A stretch of DNA of 64,000 bases from a bacterium (lineage in GTDB: Bacteria; Electryoneota; RPQS01; DYHQ01). Each line of letters begins with the position of its first letter. The stretch's first letter is position 1. The DNA lies in NCBI GenBank assembly GCA_030622545.1, contig JAUXGA010000011.1, forward strand, positions 18,214 to 82,213, given 5' to 3'. The notes beneath the pieces are model-generated. The model was not told where the DNA came from, made no database searches, and saw nothing but the letters and a program-made list of their open reading frames with translations. Shown here one piece after another: positions 19,478-28,396 of the stretch. The translations under genes and the position numbers were made by a program.

Positions 19478-19508
19478 CGCGAAGGGTGAGGCACCCATTC
19501 GCGGCGAG
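19478..19508. repeat. Palindromic repeat family C (CGCGAGNGGGTG...CACCCNCTCGCGGCGA), reverse orientation
   Basis: cgcgaagggtgaggcacccattcgcggcgag; relatives at 33951-33983, 62622-62654 and 63789-63820. Confidence 0.55.
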
Positions 19509-19514
19509 TCTATA

Positions 19515-20411
19515 TCAGAAAAGAGAGCGGAGGGTAATCCATAGCCAATCCATGCGTCCCAACGCAGGGCGTTCAGAAAACACGCGCGCGCCTTTTCGGC
19601 TTACTTTTTTCAGAATGCGCAGTCCTCCCTGCCGAATGAGTTCGATTTCAAAGCCGATTCTTCCTCGCAGCATTTTCGACAAATCTTTCGCCGCATGAAA
19701 ATAAGGCAGCGTTCGTGTCACTTCATACTGGATGAGCTTTTCAAGGGCGGGAGGTGTCGGTTGGTAGTCGAGACTTTCACGGTGAAGGCCAAACCTCGCT
19801 AAATCTTCCGTCGGCAGATATTCCCGCCGGGGACGGTCGCGGGATAAATCCTGCCAGAAATTCGTTAGCTGAAGACCAATACATAACACATCCGCTTGTC
19901 TTTGAAATCGTTCTTCATCCTTCCCGAAAAGCTGCAGCAGCATTCGCCCCACGGGAATCGCTGAATAATTACAATAATCCAGCAATTCGTCGCGGGTATC
20001 GTAAATGGTCTGATGTTGGTCTCGGCGGAAAGCGACGAGCAGATCCAAGAAGGGTTGTTTTGTCAGCGGAATATTTTCTATCAGTTCCTGCAGGCGTTGA
20101 AAGAGAGGAAAAGCGGCCTTTCCGTCAAAAGCCGCTTCCAATTGCTGCTGCCAGATATCGAGAGCCTCAAGAGCGCTCTCCGTATCCGGTGATGCGTCTG
20201 CTATGTTATCAGCCCCCCGACAATAGGCATAAATGACGCGAAACGGGCGACGATACGGACGCGGTAAAGCCAACGAAGCGACAGGAAAATTCTCACTGCG
20301 CGCCGTGCGTCTGTCCGAGTCGCTCGCCAAAGGATCGCGGGCGAGAGTTTCAATCGTTTTCGATGGGCTCTTTTCCGACACCGCTGGGTGTCGTGCTTTC
20401 GTAGATGCCAC
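19515..20411 (-). CDS. Squalene/phytoene synthase family protein (HpnC-like presqualene-diphosphate/squalene synthase)
   Basis: ENFPVASLALP near N-terminus (HpnC hallmark), YAYCRGADNIADAS and later D-rich regions (DxxxD-type Mg-binding), 298 aa; true start may be downstream (overlap with small ORF 20350-20571). Confidence 0.7.
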   Translation of the reverse strand: MASTKARHPAVSEKSPSKTIETLARDPLASDSDRRTARSENFPVASLALPRPYRRPFRVIYAYCRGADNIADASPDTESALEALDIWQQQLEAAFDGKAAFPLFQRLQELIENIPLTKQPFLDLLVAFRRDQHQTIYDTRDELLDYCNYSAIPVGRMLLQLFGKDEERFQRQADVLCIGLQLTNFWQDLSRDRPRREYLPTEDLARFGLHRESLDYQPTPPALEKLIQYEVTRTLPYFHAAKDLSKMLRGRIGFEIELIRQGGLRILKKVSRKGARVFSERPALGRMDWLWITLRSLF

Positions 20412-20571
20412 TGGAGATAACCGTTCCTTCTAAACTCTGAGTCCCGATCTTGTTGGCCTTCCTGCAGAGCGCAACGAAGCATTTCCAATGGTAATGCCCT
20501 TCCATACCCGCCTGTTTCGACAGATACAGGTCGCTGCCCTCAATCTCTTTATTACAGGATTTGCAAATCAT
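20350..20571 (-). CDS. Small Cys/His-containing hypothetical protein (possible zinc-ribbon)
   Basis: 73 aa, MICKSCNKEIEG...HYHWKCFVALCRK; strong RBS GAAGGAGAG 8 nt upstream of ATG; 3' end overlaps annotated start of the HpnC-like gene by ~60 nt. Confidence 0.4.
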   Translation of the reverse strand: MICKSCNKEIEGSDLYLSKQAGMEGHYHWKCFVALCRKANKIGTQSLEGTVISSGIYESTTPSGVGKEPIEND

Positions 20572-20698
20572 GTTCGCGTACTCTCCTTCAAATCTCCATC
20601 AGAAGAATTCTCATGCCAACACATAACCGGAACTTTGTTAAACTCATATTCGAGTCCCCGGCATGTCTGTGGCATTTCCGGGGACTTTTGTGCAAAAA

Positions 20699-22087
20699 CT
20701 ATGACAGCGAGAAGCCTCCCGCCTGCGAGAGGACATTTTCAACCGATTTGCGAATGTCAGCCAGGCGTTCGGGTGAATCCGCTTCAAAGCGAAGCACCAG
20801 CACCGGCTGCGTATTAGAGGCGCGCACAAGCCCCCATCCGCCGGGATAGGTGACACGAACTCCGTCGAGGTCGAAAATCGGCAACCCCTGTTTGCGCAAC
20901 GCATCACGGGTTTTTTGAACCACCTCGAACTTCTGCTCATCGGGGCAATCCACTCTGATTTCAGGTGTGGCGTATGTCTTCGGGATATCCGCCAATTCCT
21001 CTTCGATGGAATGATCCAATTCCGCGACCAATTCCGCCAGTCTCGCCGACGCGTAAATGCCGTCGTCGAAACCGAAATAACGATCGGCAAAAAATAAATG
21101 CCCGCTCATCTCCCCGGCAAAAAGCGCCTCTTCTTCCCACAGCTTGCGTTTAATCAGAGCGTGCCCGGTCTTCCACATAATCGGCCGACCGCCCTTTGCT
21201 TTTATATCGGCAAACAGATTGTCCGATGATTTGACATCCGCGATAATTGCCGCGCCGGGACGTTTTTTTAGAATCGCACGAGAGAAGAGAATCATAAGTT
21301 GATCCCCCCATAGCACACGTCCCTTCCCGTCAATCGCTCCCACGCGATCCGAATCTCCATCATAGCCGACACCTAATTCCAATCCGTTGTCGGCCACGAG
21401 CTTCTTTAAATCGACGAGGTTCGCTTCGACCGTCGGGTCGGGATGGTGATTGGGGAAACGGCCATCTACTTCACTGTAAATATCGTGCACTTCACAGCCG
21501 AGCCGTCGGAAGATTTCCGGCGCGACCAGCCCTCCTGTGCCGTTGCCGGAATCCATGCCGATGCGAACTCCCCGAGTCAAATTCAAATTCTTCACGACAT
21601 AATCGATGTAAGGCTCAAGAATCGAAAACGTTTCTTTCGGTGGAGGCAAGGCTTTTTCGAAATCATCCTTCTCGATTAGATGCCGGATTTTCTGAATCTC
21701 CTTGCCAAAAATTGACTCGCGCCCCATCGTCATCTTAATGCCGTTGAATTCCGCAGGATTGTGCGAACCGGTCACCATCACACCGCCGTCTTTTTTCAGA
21801 TGCGCAACCGAGAAATAATGAACGGGTGTCGGGCAAAGGCCGGTATCGGTGATTTTCAAACCGGTTGACGCTAACCCGGCGGCGAGTTCGTCTGCGATGC
21901 GTTCCGACGTCAGCCGTCCGTCACGTCCCAGTGTGATTTCGCTCGCGCCTTTGCGTTTCATCAGCGTCCCGATAGCGCGACCGATGGCCACAACCGTTTC
22001 CGAATGAAAATCTTTTTCGACAACTCCCCGAATGTCGTACTCTCGAAAAATAAGTGGATTTGTTTTCATGGATGTCTCTGCTTTCAT
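20699..22087 (-). CDS. Phosphomannomutase/phosphoglucomutase (alpha-D-phosphohexomutase family)
   Basis: IFREYDIRGVV..., GVMVTGSHNPAEFNGIKM (TASHNP-type phosphoserine loop as GSHNP), GVGYDGDSDRVGAID metal site; start may be the internal MKTNPLIF Met. Confidence 0.85.
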   Translation of the reverse strand: MKAETSMKTNPLIFREYDIRGVVEKDFHSETVVAIGRAIGTLMKRKGASEITLGRDGRLTSERIADELAAGLASTGLKITDTGLCPTPVHYFSVAHLKKDGGVMVTGSHNPAEFNGIKMTMGRESIFGKEIQKIRHLIEKDDFEKALPPPKETFSILEPYIDYVVKNLNLTRGVRIGMDSGNGTGGLVAPEIFRRLGCEVHDIYSEVDGRFPNHHPDPTVEANLVDLKKLVADNGLELGVGYDGDSDRVGAIDGKGRVLWGDQLMILFSRAILKKRPGAAIIADVKSSDNLFADIKAKGGRPIMWKTGHALIKRKLWEEEALFAGEMSGHLFFADRYFGFDDGIYASARLAELVAELDHSIEEELADIPKTYATPEIRVDCPDEQKFEVVQKTRDALRKQGLPIFDLDGVRVTYPGGWGLVRASNTQPVLVLRFEADSPERLADIRKSVENVLSQAGGFSLS

Positions 22088-22373
22088 GTATTGAAATTAT
22101 TCGCTTTTCTCAATCCGCGCCGCTACCCTCTCCGGAATCGAAACGACAAAATGCTGTTTACCGTCAAGGGACGCTATAAATATACGAAGCTATGGCTTTT
22201 TTGTCAACCAAACCGCTGGCGCAAGATTTCCTGCAATCGGAGATTCGTTTGCAAAAGACCCGCAAATTTCTATATTACTACTACGATAAGTGCGCGGAAT
22301 TAACGACAAATACGCTAAACACCTGAAGGAACGAACTTTGAGATACGGTCAACAATCACAAATCAGTTTCAAC

Positions 22374-23150
22374 ATGGCGTGGACTCCGGCGGTTCGCTTC
22401 CTGATTATCATAAATGTCGTGATTTTCCTGCTACAGGGGTTATTCGGTCTCGAACGTTTCCTCGCGTTCCATTTCGGATTGATACCGAGGCTCATCGCGA
22501 TGAAAGGCTGGGTATGGCAACTCGGCACTTATATGTTCCTCCATCATGGTCTCTGGCATATTTTCTTCAACATGTTCGCGCTCTGGATGTTCGGTTCGAC
22601 ACTGGAACGTGTCTGGGGAACCAAAGGTTTTCTGAAATATTATTTCCTGACCGGTCTCGGCGGCGGACTCTGTTACTTTCTTTTCAATCTTGGTTCGACT
22701 ATTCCCACCATCGGCGCTTCCGGTGCGATTTACGGTCTACTTGTCGCCTACGCGGTGCTTTTCCCTAATAGTGTTATCTACCTCTGGCTCATTATTCCGA
22801 TTAAAGCCAAATGGTTTGCGCTGCTTTTCGGAGTCATCGAATTCATGGCTTCTCTGCAATCAAGTGATTCTGTCGCGCATTTAGCTCACCTCGGAGGCAT
22901 GGTCATCGGATACCTTTACCTGAAAAAGGAACGCTTCTTCGGTCGGTTTCTCTCGAAAATGAGGGCGCAGAAGCTGGAATATGAAGCCCGAACTCGCCGG
23001 AAAAAAGAAGAGAATATGACTGATATCCGAAACGAAGTCGATGAACTCCTCGATAAAATCAATCGCGTCGGTTTCGATGGCTTGACTCCTGCCGAGCAGA
23101 AGAAACTCAAGCACGCCAGCGATCTCCTTCGCAAGAAGAACGGTCACTGA
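22374..23150 (+). CDS. Rhomboid-family intramembrane serine protease
   Basis: Multiple TM helices; GASGAIYGL (catalytic Ser) and AHLGGMVIG (catalytic His) motifs; start taken at MAWTPAVRF inside ORF-track 22290..23150. Confidence 0.8.
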   Translation: MAWTPAVRFLIIINVVIFLLQGLFGLERFLAFHFGLIPRLIAMKGWVWQLGTYMFLHHGLWHIFFNMFALWMFGSTLERVWGTKGFLKYYFLTGLGGGLCYFLFNLGSTIPTIGASGAIYGLLVAYAVLFPNSVIYLWLIIPIKAKWFALLFGVIEFMASLQSSDSVAHLAHLGGMVIGYLYLKKERFFGRFLSKMRAQKLEYEARTRRKKEENMTDIRNEVDELLDKINRVGFDGLTPAEQKKLKHASDLLRKKNGH

Positions 23151-23179
23151 CCTTTTTCAAATCCCCCTTCTTATCATCT

Positions 23180-23941
23180 ATGAAACTCGAGCTTACATGG
23201 GTGCCGGGACAAGAACCGGCACTTGTTTTTCTTCATGGTTTAGGCGCCGATGGGCGATGTTTTCGTGGTGCGCTAAATGCTCCCGGTCTTCGCGGACGCG
23301 CTCTGCTGATTCCTGATCTTCCCGGTTTTGGCCGCAGCCCGCTGCCCGAAGAATTTTCTCATGCGATGGACGCGCACGCTGAGTCCGTAATTACTCTTTG
23401 CCATCAATTCAAGCTGAACGAGATTGCCATCTGCGCTCATAGTATGGGCGGCGCTGTCGGTATTATCTTGGCTGAAAAATGTCCCGGCCGCGTGACGCAT
23501 TTCGTCAATGCCGTCGGCAACCTGATTCCGGAAGATTGCTTTTTCAGCCGCCCGTTCATCGAAATGGGCTGGGAAGCTTTCGAAGCGCACGGCTTTCAGA
23601 AATTCAAAGATAAAATTAAATCGCAACTGTTTCACCCAAACCGCCCGCCTTCTACCTATCTTCAATCCCTCCAGAAAACCAGCGCTCGAGCGATGTACCT
23701 GAGCGGCCGTGACCTTGTGCGCCTGTCCGATGAAGGCAATTTGCTCTCGCGTTTTCTTGCTCTGCCCTGCAAAAAACTCTACCTTGCAGATGCAGACAAT
23801 CCAATCCTCCCTTATCTGAAAACCGCACGGGAAAAGGGCAACGTCCCCATCACAGTCATTCCCAACACCGGCCACGCCCTAATGGAAAACAATCCGGCGG
23901 ATTTTTACGGTGCCCTTGCTGATTTCCTAAATGACAATTAA
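23180..23941 (+). CDS. Alpha/beta-hydrolase fold protein
   Basis: LVFLHGLGADG (HGxG oxyanion), ICAHSMGGAV (GxSxG nucleophile elbow), C-terminal NTGHALMEN (catalytic His). Confidence 0.7.
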   Translation: MKLELTWVPGQEPALVFLHGLGADGRCFRGALNAPGLRGRALLIPDLPGFGRSPLPEEFSHAMDAHAESVITLCHQFKLNEIAICAHSMGGAVGIILAEKCPGRVTHFVNAVGNLIPEDCFFSRPFIEMGWEAFEAHGFQKFKDKIKSQLFHPNRPPSTYLQSLQKTSARAMYLSGRDLVRLSDEGNLLSRFLALPCKKLYLADADNPILPYLKTAREKGNVPITVIPNTGHALMENNPADFYGALADFLNDN

Positions 23942-23965
23942 AGAAGCCGCAACACTGGCAAAAAA

Positions 23966-23993
23966 AACGCGCGAGCCAATAAAGCCCGCGCGT
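23966..23993. terminator. Bidirectional stem-loop between convergent hydrolase and aminopeptidase genes (ACGCGCG-N13-CGCGCGT)
   Basis: 7-bp GC stem flanked by A8 upstream and A/T-rich downstream, sited between two convergent stops. Confidence 0.45.
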
Positions 23994-24023
23994 CAATTAT
24001 ATCGATGCCTTCAGCGTCTCCCG

Positions 24024-25151
24024 CTAATCGACTTGCAGATTTTCGGGATTCAAAGCGGTGAATGCTTCATGGACGAAACGGCCGTCTTTGCGAATCAGGA
24101 CATCATCGAAATAAATTTCTCCGCCGCCTTTCTCAGGCGTCTGTATCAACACAAGATCCCAATGAATCGCGCTGCGGTTGCCGTTGTCCGCCTCTCCGAT
24201 ATACGCGTTGCCGGGCGTGAAATGCAGTGAGCCTCGGATTTTCTCGTCAAAGAGCGTATCATCCATCGGTTCCGAAATAAACGGATGAAATCCCAGAGCA
24301 AACTCGCCGATGTACCGGGCTCCTTCGTCCGTGTTCAGAATATCGTTGATGCGGTCGTTGTCATTGGCGGTCGCTTCGACAATCTTGCCTTTCGAAAATT
24401 TGAATCGGATATTCTCGAAGGTAAACCCGCGCAATGTTGACGGCGTATTATATTGGATGACACCTTCAATCGAATCGCGCACCGGTGCTGTGTAAATCTC
24501 CAAATCGGGAATGTTCTTGCGTCCATCACATTTCTGCACGTCAATTCCCTTAATCGAGAATTTCAAATCCGTTCCCGGACTTTTAATATGCACGCGCTCG
24601 GCTTTCTTTATGAACGCTACCGCTGGATCCATCGCCTTTGACGCCTTCGCCCAATCAACTTTCGTGCATACCTGAAAATAAAAGTCTGAAAACGCTTCGT
24701 AAGACATCTTCGCCATTTGAGCCATCTGTGGCGACGGAAAACGCAGCACCACCCACTTCGTATTCGGTACCCGCTCCTCCAGATGAACCGGTCCCATCCA
24801 GAGCTTCTCGTAGAGCGACATCCGGTCACCGGGAATATCGGAAAACTCCTTCGCGTTGAAAACACCGCGTACACCGATATACGCATCCATCTTCTTCATC
24901 CGGTCCATCTCGATGCCCGCGATAAATTTGATGCGTTCTTCCGTCGCGTTCAGGAATAGTTTGCGCTGCACAAGCTGGTCTTTCATTTCCAGCACCGGCA
25001 ATCCGCCAGCATCGCAAATTTCCTGCACCAAAACCGCCACGAATTCAGCGGGAACGTTAGTAGTTTCGACGAGTACTTTCTCGCCCGGTTTGATTTCAGT
25101 CGAATAGCGCACGAGTACGCGCGCCAAATCAAGATAACGGGGATCTGCCAT
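24024..25151 (-). CDS. Aminopeptidase, peptidase family M29 (thermophilic metalloprotease/AmpS-like)
   Basis: 375 aa; ...EGARYIGEFALGFHPF..., IHWDLV metal-binding-like segments typical of M29 aminopeptidases. Confidence 0.65.
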   Translation of the reverse strand: MADPRYLDLARVLVRYSTEIKPGEKVLVETTNVPAEFVAVLVQEICDAGGLPVLEMKDQLVQRKLFLNATEERIKFIAGIEMDRMKKMDAYIGVRGVFNAKEFSDIPGDRMSLYEKLWMGPVHLEERVPNTKWVVLRFPSPQMAQMAKMSYEAFSDFYFQVCTKVDWAKASKAMDPAVAFIKKAERVHIKSPGTDLKFSIKGIDVQKCDGRKNIPDLEIYTAPVRDSIEGVIQYNTPSTLRGFTFENIRFKFSKGKIVEATANDNDRINDILNTDEGARYIGEFALGFHPFISEPMDDTLFDEKIRGSLHFTPGNAYIGEADNGNRSAIHWDLVLIQTPEKGGGEIYFDDVLIRKDGRFVHEAFTALNPENLQVD

Positions 25152-25213
25152 AAGTCATACCTCTGTAAGCTATGTGAAAAAGTTCTGCGAATTTATTTCA
25201 GAACAAAGTTTAA

Positions 25214-25283
25214 CCGCCGAGCCGGGTTCAGCGCCGATGCCCGTTTGGCAAACGATAAAATTATCGCGCGTAACCCGGCCGGA
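25214..25283. repeat. ~70-bp inverted-repeat element, family B (CGCCGAGCCGGGTTCAGCGC-N~30-ATCGCGCGTAACCCGGCCGGA); copy 1
   Basis: Termini CCGGGTTCAGCGC / GCGCGTAACCCGG are near-perfect reverse complements; other copies at 31485-31556 (reverse) and 33868-33936. Confidence 0.65.
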
Positions 25284-25301
25284 ATTTTCAGTACCTCCAG
25301 C

Positions 25302-25327
25302 GCACTGCCGTGCGGCACTACCGGACG
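25302..25327. repeat. Palindromic repeat family D, copy 2
   Basis: gcactgccgtgcggcactaccggacg, adjacent to family B element in same intergenic region. Confidence 0.6.
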
Positions 25328-25447
25328 CTTATAATATACGATAAATACCTCTAAATCGCAAACAGATTTCAATACGATTTCTCCCTTGATTTTACGCCAA
25401 AAATAGACTATACTGTTACGTCATGACGGATTCCAAATAGAGAGAAT

Positions 25448-26788
25448 ATGATGACACAATCAAGCACCTCACCTGCTCCTCCTGCAAAACGCCGACATCC
25501 TCCCGGACTTCAGGTTCTCTTTTTCACTGAGATGTGGGAAAGATTCAGCTTTTATTGCATGCTTTCCATTCTCACGCTCTATATGAACGAAAGCCTGCTC
25601 TTCAACACAGACACCGTCGGTCAGATTTATGGCGGTTATGTCGGACTCGTTTACTTCACACCGCTCCTCGGTGGAATTTTAGCTGATCGCATCTTGGGAT
25701 TCCGTCGAGCGATTTTTATCGGCGGTGTCATCATGGGTATCGGGCATCTGCTTTTAGCGTTTCCGCCGCTGCCCACATTTTTCGCCGGGCTCGGCTGCCT
25801 TATCATCGGCAACGGGCTTTTCAAGCCGAATATTTCAACCATCCTCGGCAATCTCTACCGGAACCTTCCTGAAAAACGCGATGATGCCTACAACATTTTC
25901 TACATGGGTATCAACCTCGGCGCGTTCATATCGCCGTTGATTGCCGCCTACCTGCGGTACAAATTCGGCTGGCATTACGCTTTCGGCGCGGCAGGTTTGG
26001 GGATGGTTATTTCGCTGACGATTTTCACTCTCTTCCGAAAACATGTCGCCGCCGGTGAAATTAGCACGTCGATGAGCAAGGCTGATCCGACGATTCAGGA
26101 TATTAAATTGACACCGAAGCAGGAGCGCGACCGCGTCTTCGCGCTGCTCATGGTTTTCGCTGTCGTGATTGTCTTCTGGATGGCGTTCAAACAGCAGGGA
26201 TTCACTTTGACCTTCTGGGCGCGGGACTGCACGCGCACAAGTCTGTCTCCCGAACTTTTTCAATCCGTCAATCCGGCGTTCATTCTCATCTTCACTCCGC
26301 TGTTGGTCACCTTCTGGAACGTGCTGCGCCGCAGGGGTAAAGAACCCTCTACAGCGTCTAAAATCGCGCTCGGTATGCTGCTGACCGCCGGAGCGTACGC
26401 GATTATTTCGCTCGCCGGACGTGTAGGCGGCGATTTCGGACGCGTGAATGTAAACTGGCTTCTTGGAACCTATGCCGTTATTACACTGGCTGAGTTGTGT
26501 CTTTCTCCGATGGGATTATCGCTCGTATCGAAACTTGCTCCGCCACGAATGCGGGGAAGTTTGATGGGAGGATGGTTCTGCGCGACGGCTATCGGCGGTT
26601 ATCTGTCGGGACTGCTCGGCGGCTTGTGGGATGACATGCGCCACAGTAGCTACTTTTTCATCCTCGTGCTGGCGTCACTCGCGGCGTTCGCAGTTCTGTT
26701 GCTGGTCATCAAACGCCTTCACGGCACCATCAGCGAAGCCGAAGAAATGGCGCGCCAGTTCGCCGAAAAACAATCACGAGCCTCTTAA
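25448..26788 (+). CDS. Proton-dependent oligopeptide transporter (POT/PTR2 family, DtpT-like)
   Basis: ExxERFxYYG-like start FFTEMWERFSFYCM, GGILADRILG, ~12 TM helices, FYMGINLGAF signature. Confidence 0.85.
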   Translation: MMTQSSTSPAPPAKRRHPPGLQVLFFTEMWERFSFYCMLSILTLYMNESLLFNTDTVGQIYGGYVGLVYFTPLLGGILADRILGFRRAIFIGGVIMGIGHLLLAFPPLPTFFAGLGCLIIGNGLFKPNISTILGNLYRNLPEKRDDAYNIFYMGINLGAFISPLIAAYLRYKFGWHYAFGAAGLGMVISLTIFTLFRKHVAAGEISTSMSKADPTIQDIKLTPKQERDRVFALLMVFAVVIVFWMAFKQQGFTLTFWARDCTRTSLSPELFQSVNPAFILIFTPLLVTFWNVLRRRGKEPSTASKIALGMLLTAGAYAIISLAGRVGGDFGRVNVNWLLGTYAVITLAELCLSPMGLSLVSKLAPPRMRGSLMGGWFCATAIGGYLSGLLGGLWDDMRHSSYFFILVLASLAAFAVLLLVIKRLHGTISEAEEMARQFAEKQSRAS

Positions 26789-26802
26789 TATCTGAGTACT
26801 CT

Positions 26803-26828
26803 AAACAAGGGGCTGAAGCCCCTTGTTT
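26803..26828 (+). terminator. Rho-independent terminator of POT gene (AAACAAGGGGCTGAAGCCCCTTGTTT)
   Basis: Perfect 10-bp stem, followed by A/T-rich tract. Confidence 0.6.
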
Positions 26829-26835
26829 AAAATAT

Positions 26836-26872
26836 AAAAAGCCGCGCGGCGATAATACCACGCGGCTTTTTT
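26836..26872. terminator. Bidirectional terminator hairpin (AAAAAGCCGCGCGG...CCACGCGGCTTTTTT) between convergent genes
   Basis: GC stem flanked by A5 and T6; serves minus-strand gene 26919..28217 and plus-strand POT gene. Confidence 0.6.
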
Positions 26873-26918
26873 ATTCTCATCGCGCACAGGTACCTTGAGA
26901 CACCTGCGCGTACAATTA

Positions 26919-28217
26919 TTACTTCAACAGCACCATCTTCTGCTGCGAAACAAAGCCTCCGGATTTTAATTGATAAATATAGACGCCCGACGGCAAATCA
27001 CCCGCATCAAATGCGATTCGATACTCTCCGGCAGGCTGCTCCCGATTCACAAGCGTCGCCACGAGACGACCGGTGATATCATACACTGTCAGGCGCACGT
27101 GTCCCGCATCAGCAATCGCGTACACAAGCTCTGTTACTGTATTGAACGGATTCGGATAGTTTTGCGCAAGGTAGTAATTCTCAGGAGCCGCTTCCGCAAG
27201 CGGAACAGCCATAACTTCGCTAAGCTCCTCCACCACTCCAGCGAAATCCAGAGACTTCAAACGGTAGTGATAGGCGGTTTCAGCCGAAACGTTTTCATCG
27301 ATATACGTATAAGAGGATGTCGTCGTGCTGTTGCCCCGTCCATCGATTCGGGCAATTTCGAACCACGACGCGCCTGAACTTGACCGTTCAAGAATGAAAC
27401 AGCGGTTATTCTGCTCGGTACCGGTAATCCAGTTTAATCGCACGGCATTTTCCAACGGCTCCGCCTCAAAACTTTGCAATTCCACCGGTAACTGATACTC
27501 AAAGTAATAGCACCAGCATCCCGGCTCGGTTAGGTTAACCGGCCAGAAGATACGACACCAAATATTGGGAACAGGATTGCAGGCCGGACCCCATATAACA
27601 TCATCAAATACCGCTGGTATGCACGTGGTATCATTACATTGAGTATTGCCCGGATCGCATCCTGGGGTAATCTGGAACAGCGGTTCAAATGGTCCTTCAC
27701 AATACCAGAGAACACAAACATAATCCAGACTGTCGCCTGTAAATTCAAAACATTCCGCTTCCGGCCACACGAGAACATTGCGATCCGAAACGACCACGAA
27801 ACCGGAATTCTCATCCATCGCACTTGGAAGCGAATCAATCACTCCCCCGGGACTCGGGCAAGGCAGAATAATCGGCCGGTCGCGCGCGAACGCCTCACCG
27901 GTGACAATGACCTGCGTCGAATCACCTCCATCCGAGCTGTAGACGCATTCAAATCCGTTAATATTGTACAGAGTGTCGAATTCATAGAGCCTTGTCGCTC
28001 CACTGCCCGGTCCGGCTGAAATCTGAAGATCCGGATCATCAAACAGCACCACTTCCTCCCAAGTGAAAGCGGCATAGGTCATTTCCACACTGTGCGCACC
28101 GCATCTTAAGAACATATGGCTGCCATCCATCTCATCGGCGGCAACAACCGGGACAGCGATGACCAGCACGAGACCTAACGCAAAACTGCGTTTTAAAAAG
28201 CGAAAAAATATTCCCAC
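26919..28217 (-). CDS. Secreted protein with T9SS C-terminal sorting domain (fibronectin-III-like region upstream of CTD)
   Basis: Signal peptide MGIFFRFLKRSFALGLVLVIAVPVVAA; C-terminus NYPNPFNTVTELVYAIADAGHVRLTVYDITGRLVATL...IYQLKSGGFVSQQKMVLLK. Confidence 0.7.
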   Translation of the reverse strand: MGIFFRFLKRSFALGLVLVIAVPVVAADEMDGSHMFLRCGAHSVEMTYAAFTWEEVVLFDDPDLQISAGPGSGATRLYEFDTLYNINGFECVYSSDGGDSTQVIVTGEAFARDRPIILPCPSPGGVIDSLPSAMDENSGFVVVSDRNVLVWPEAECFEFTGDSLDYVCVLWYCEGPFEPLFQITPGCDPGNTQCNDTTCIPAVFDDVIWGPACNPVPNIWCRIFWPVNLTEPGCWCYYFEYQLPVELQSFEAEPLENAVRLNWITGTEQNNRCFILERSSSGASWFEIARIDGRGNSTTTSSYTYIDENVSAETAYHYRLKSLDFAGVVEELSEVMAVPLAEAAPENYYLAQNYPNPFNTVTELVYAIADAGHVRLTVYDITGRLVATLVNREQPAGEYRIAFDAGDLPSGVYIYQLKSGGFVSQQKMVLLK

Positions 28218-28396
28218 GGAAATCTCCTCTCAGGAAAGGCAAAATCGTTTATTCAATCGCCTAATTTAGCTGCCTTACATAACAATCGCAATAGACAGTC
28301 ACATTTCCTGTGAGATTTCTGCGGAAAAAACCGTTCGCCTAAAATATATCACTCATAGCAGACTATATTTCTTATAATGAGAACGTCTGTAAGCTA

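Noticed and set aside
19304-19514. Structured GC-rich 210-bp gap upstream of dsbD considered as SRP/ncRNA
   Set aside because: No match to the conserved 4.5S/SRP domain IV sequence; better explained by a family C palindromic repeat plus a CCGCGAC-AGAG-GTCGCGG hairpin.
23273-23875. 200-aa minus-strand ORF
   Set aside because: Antisense to the alpha/beta hydrolase.
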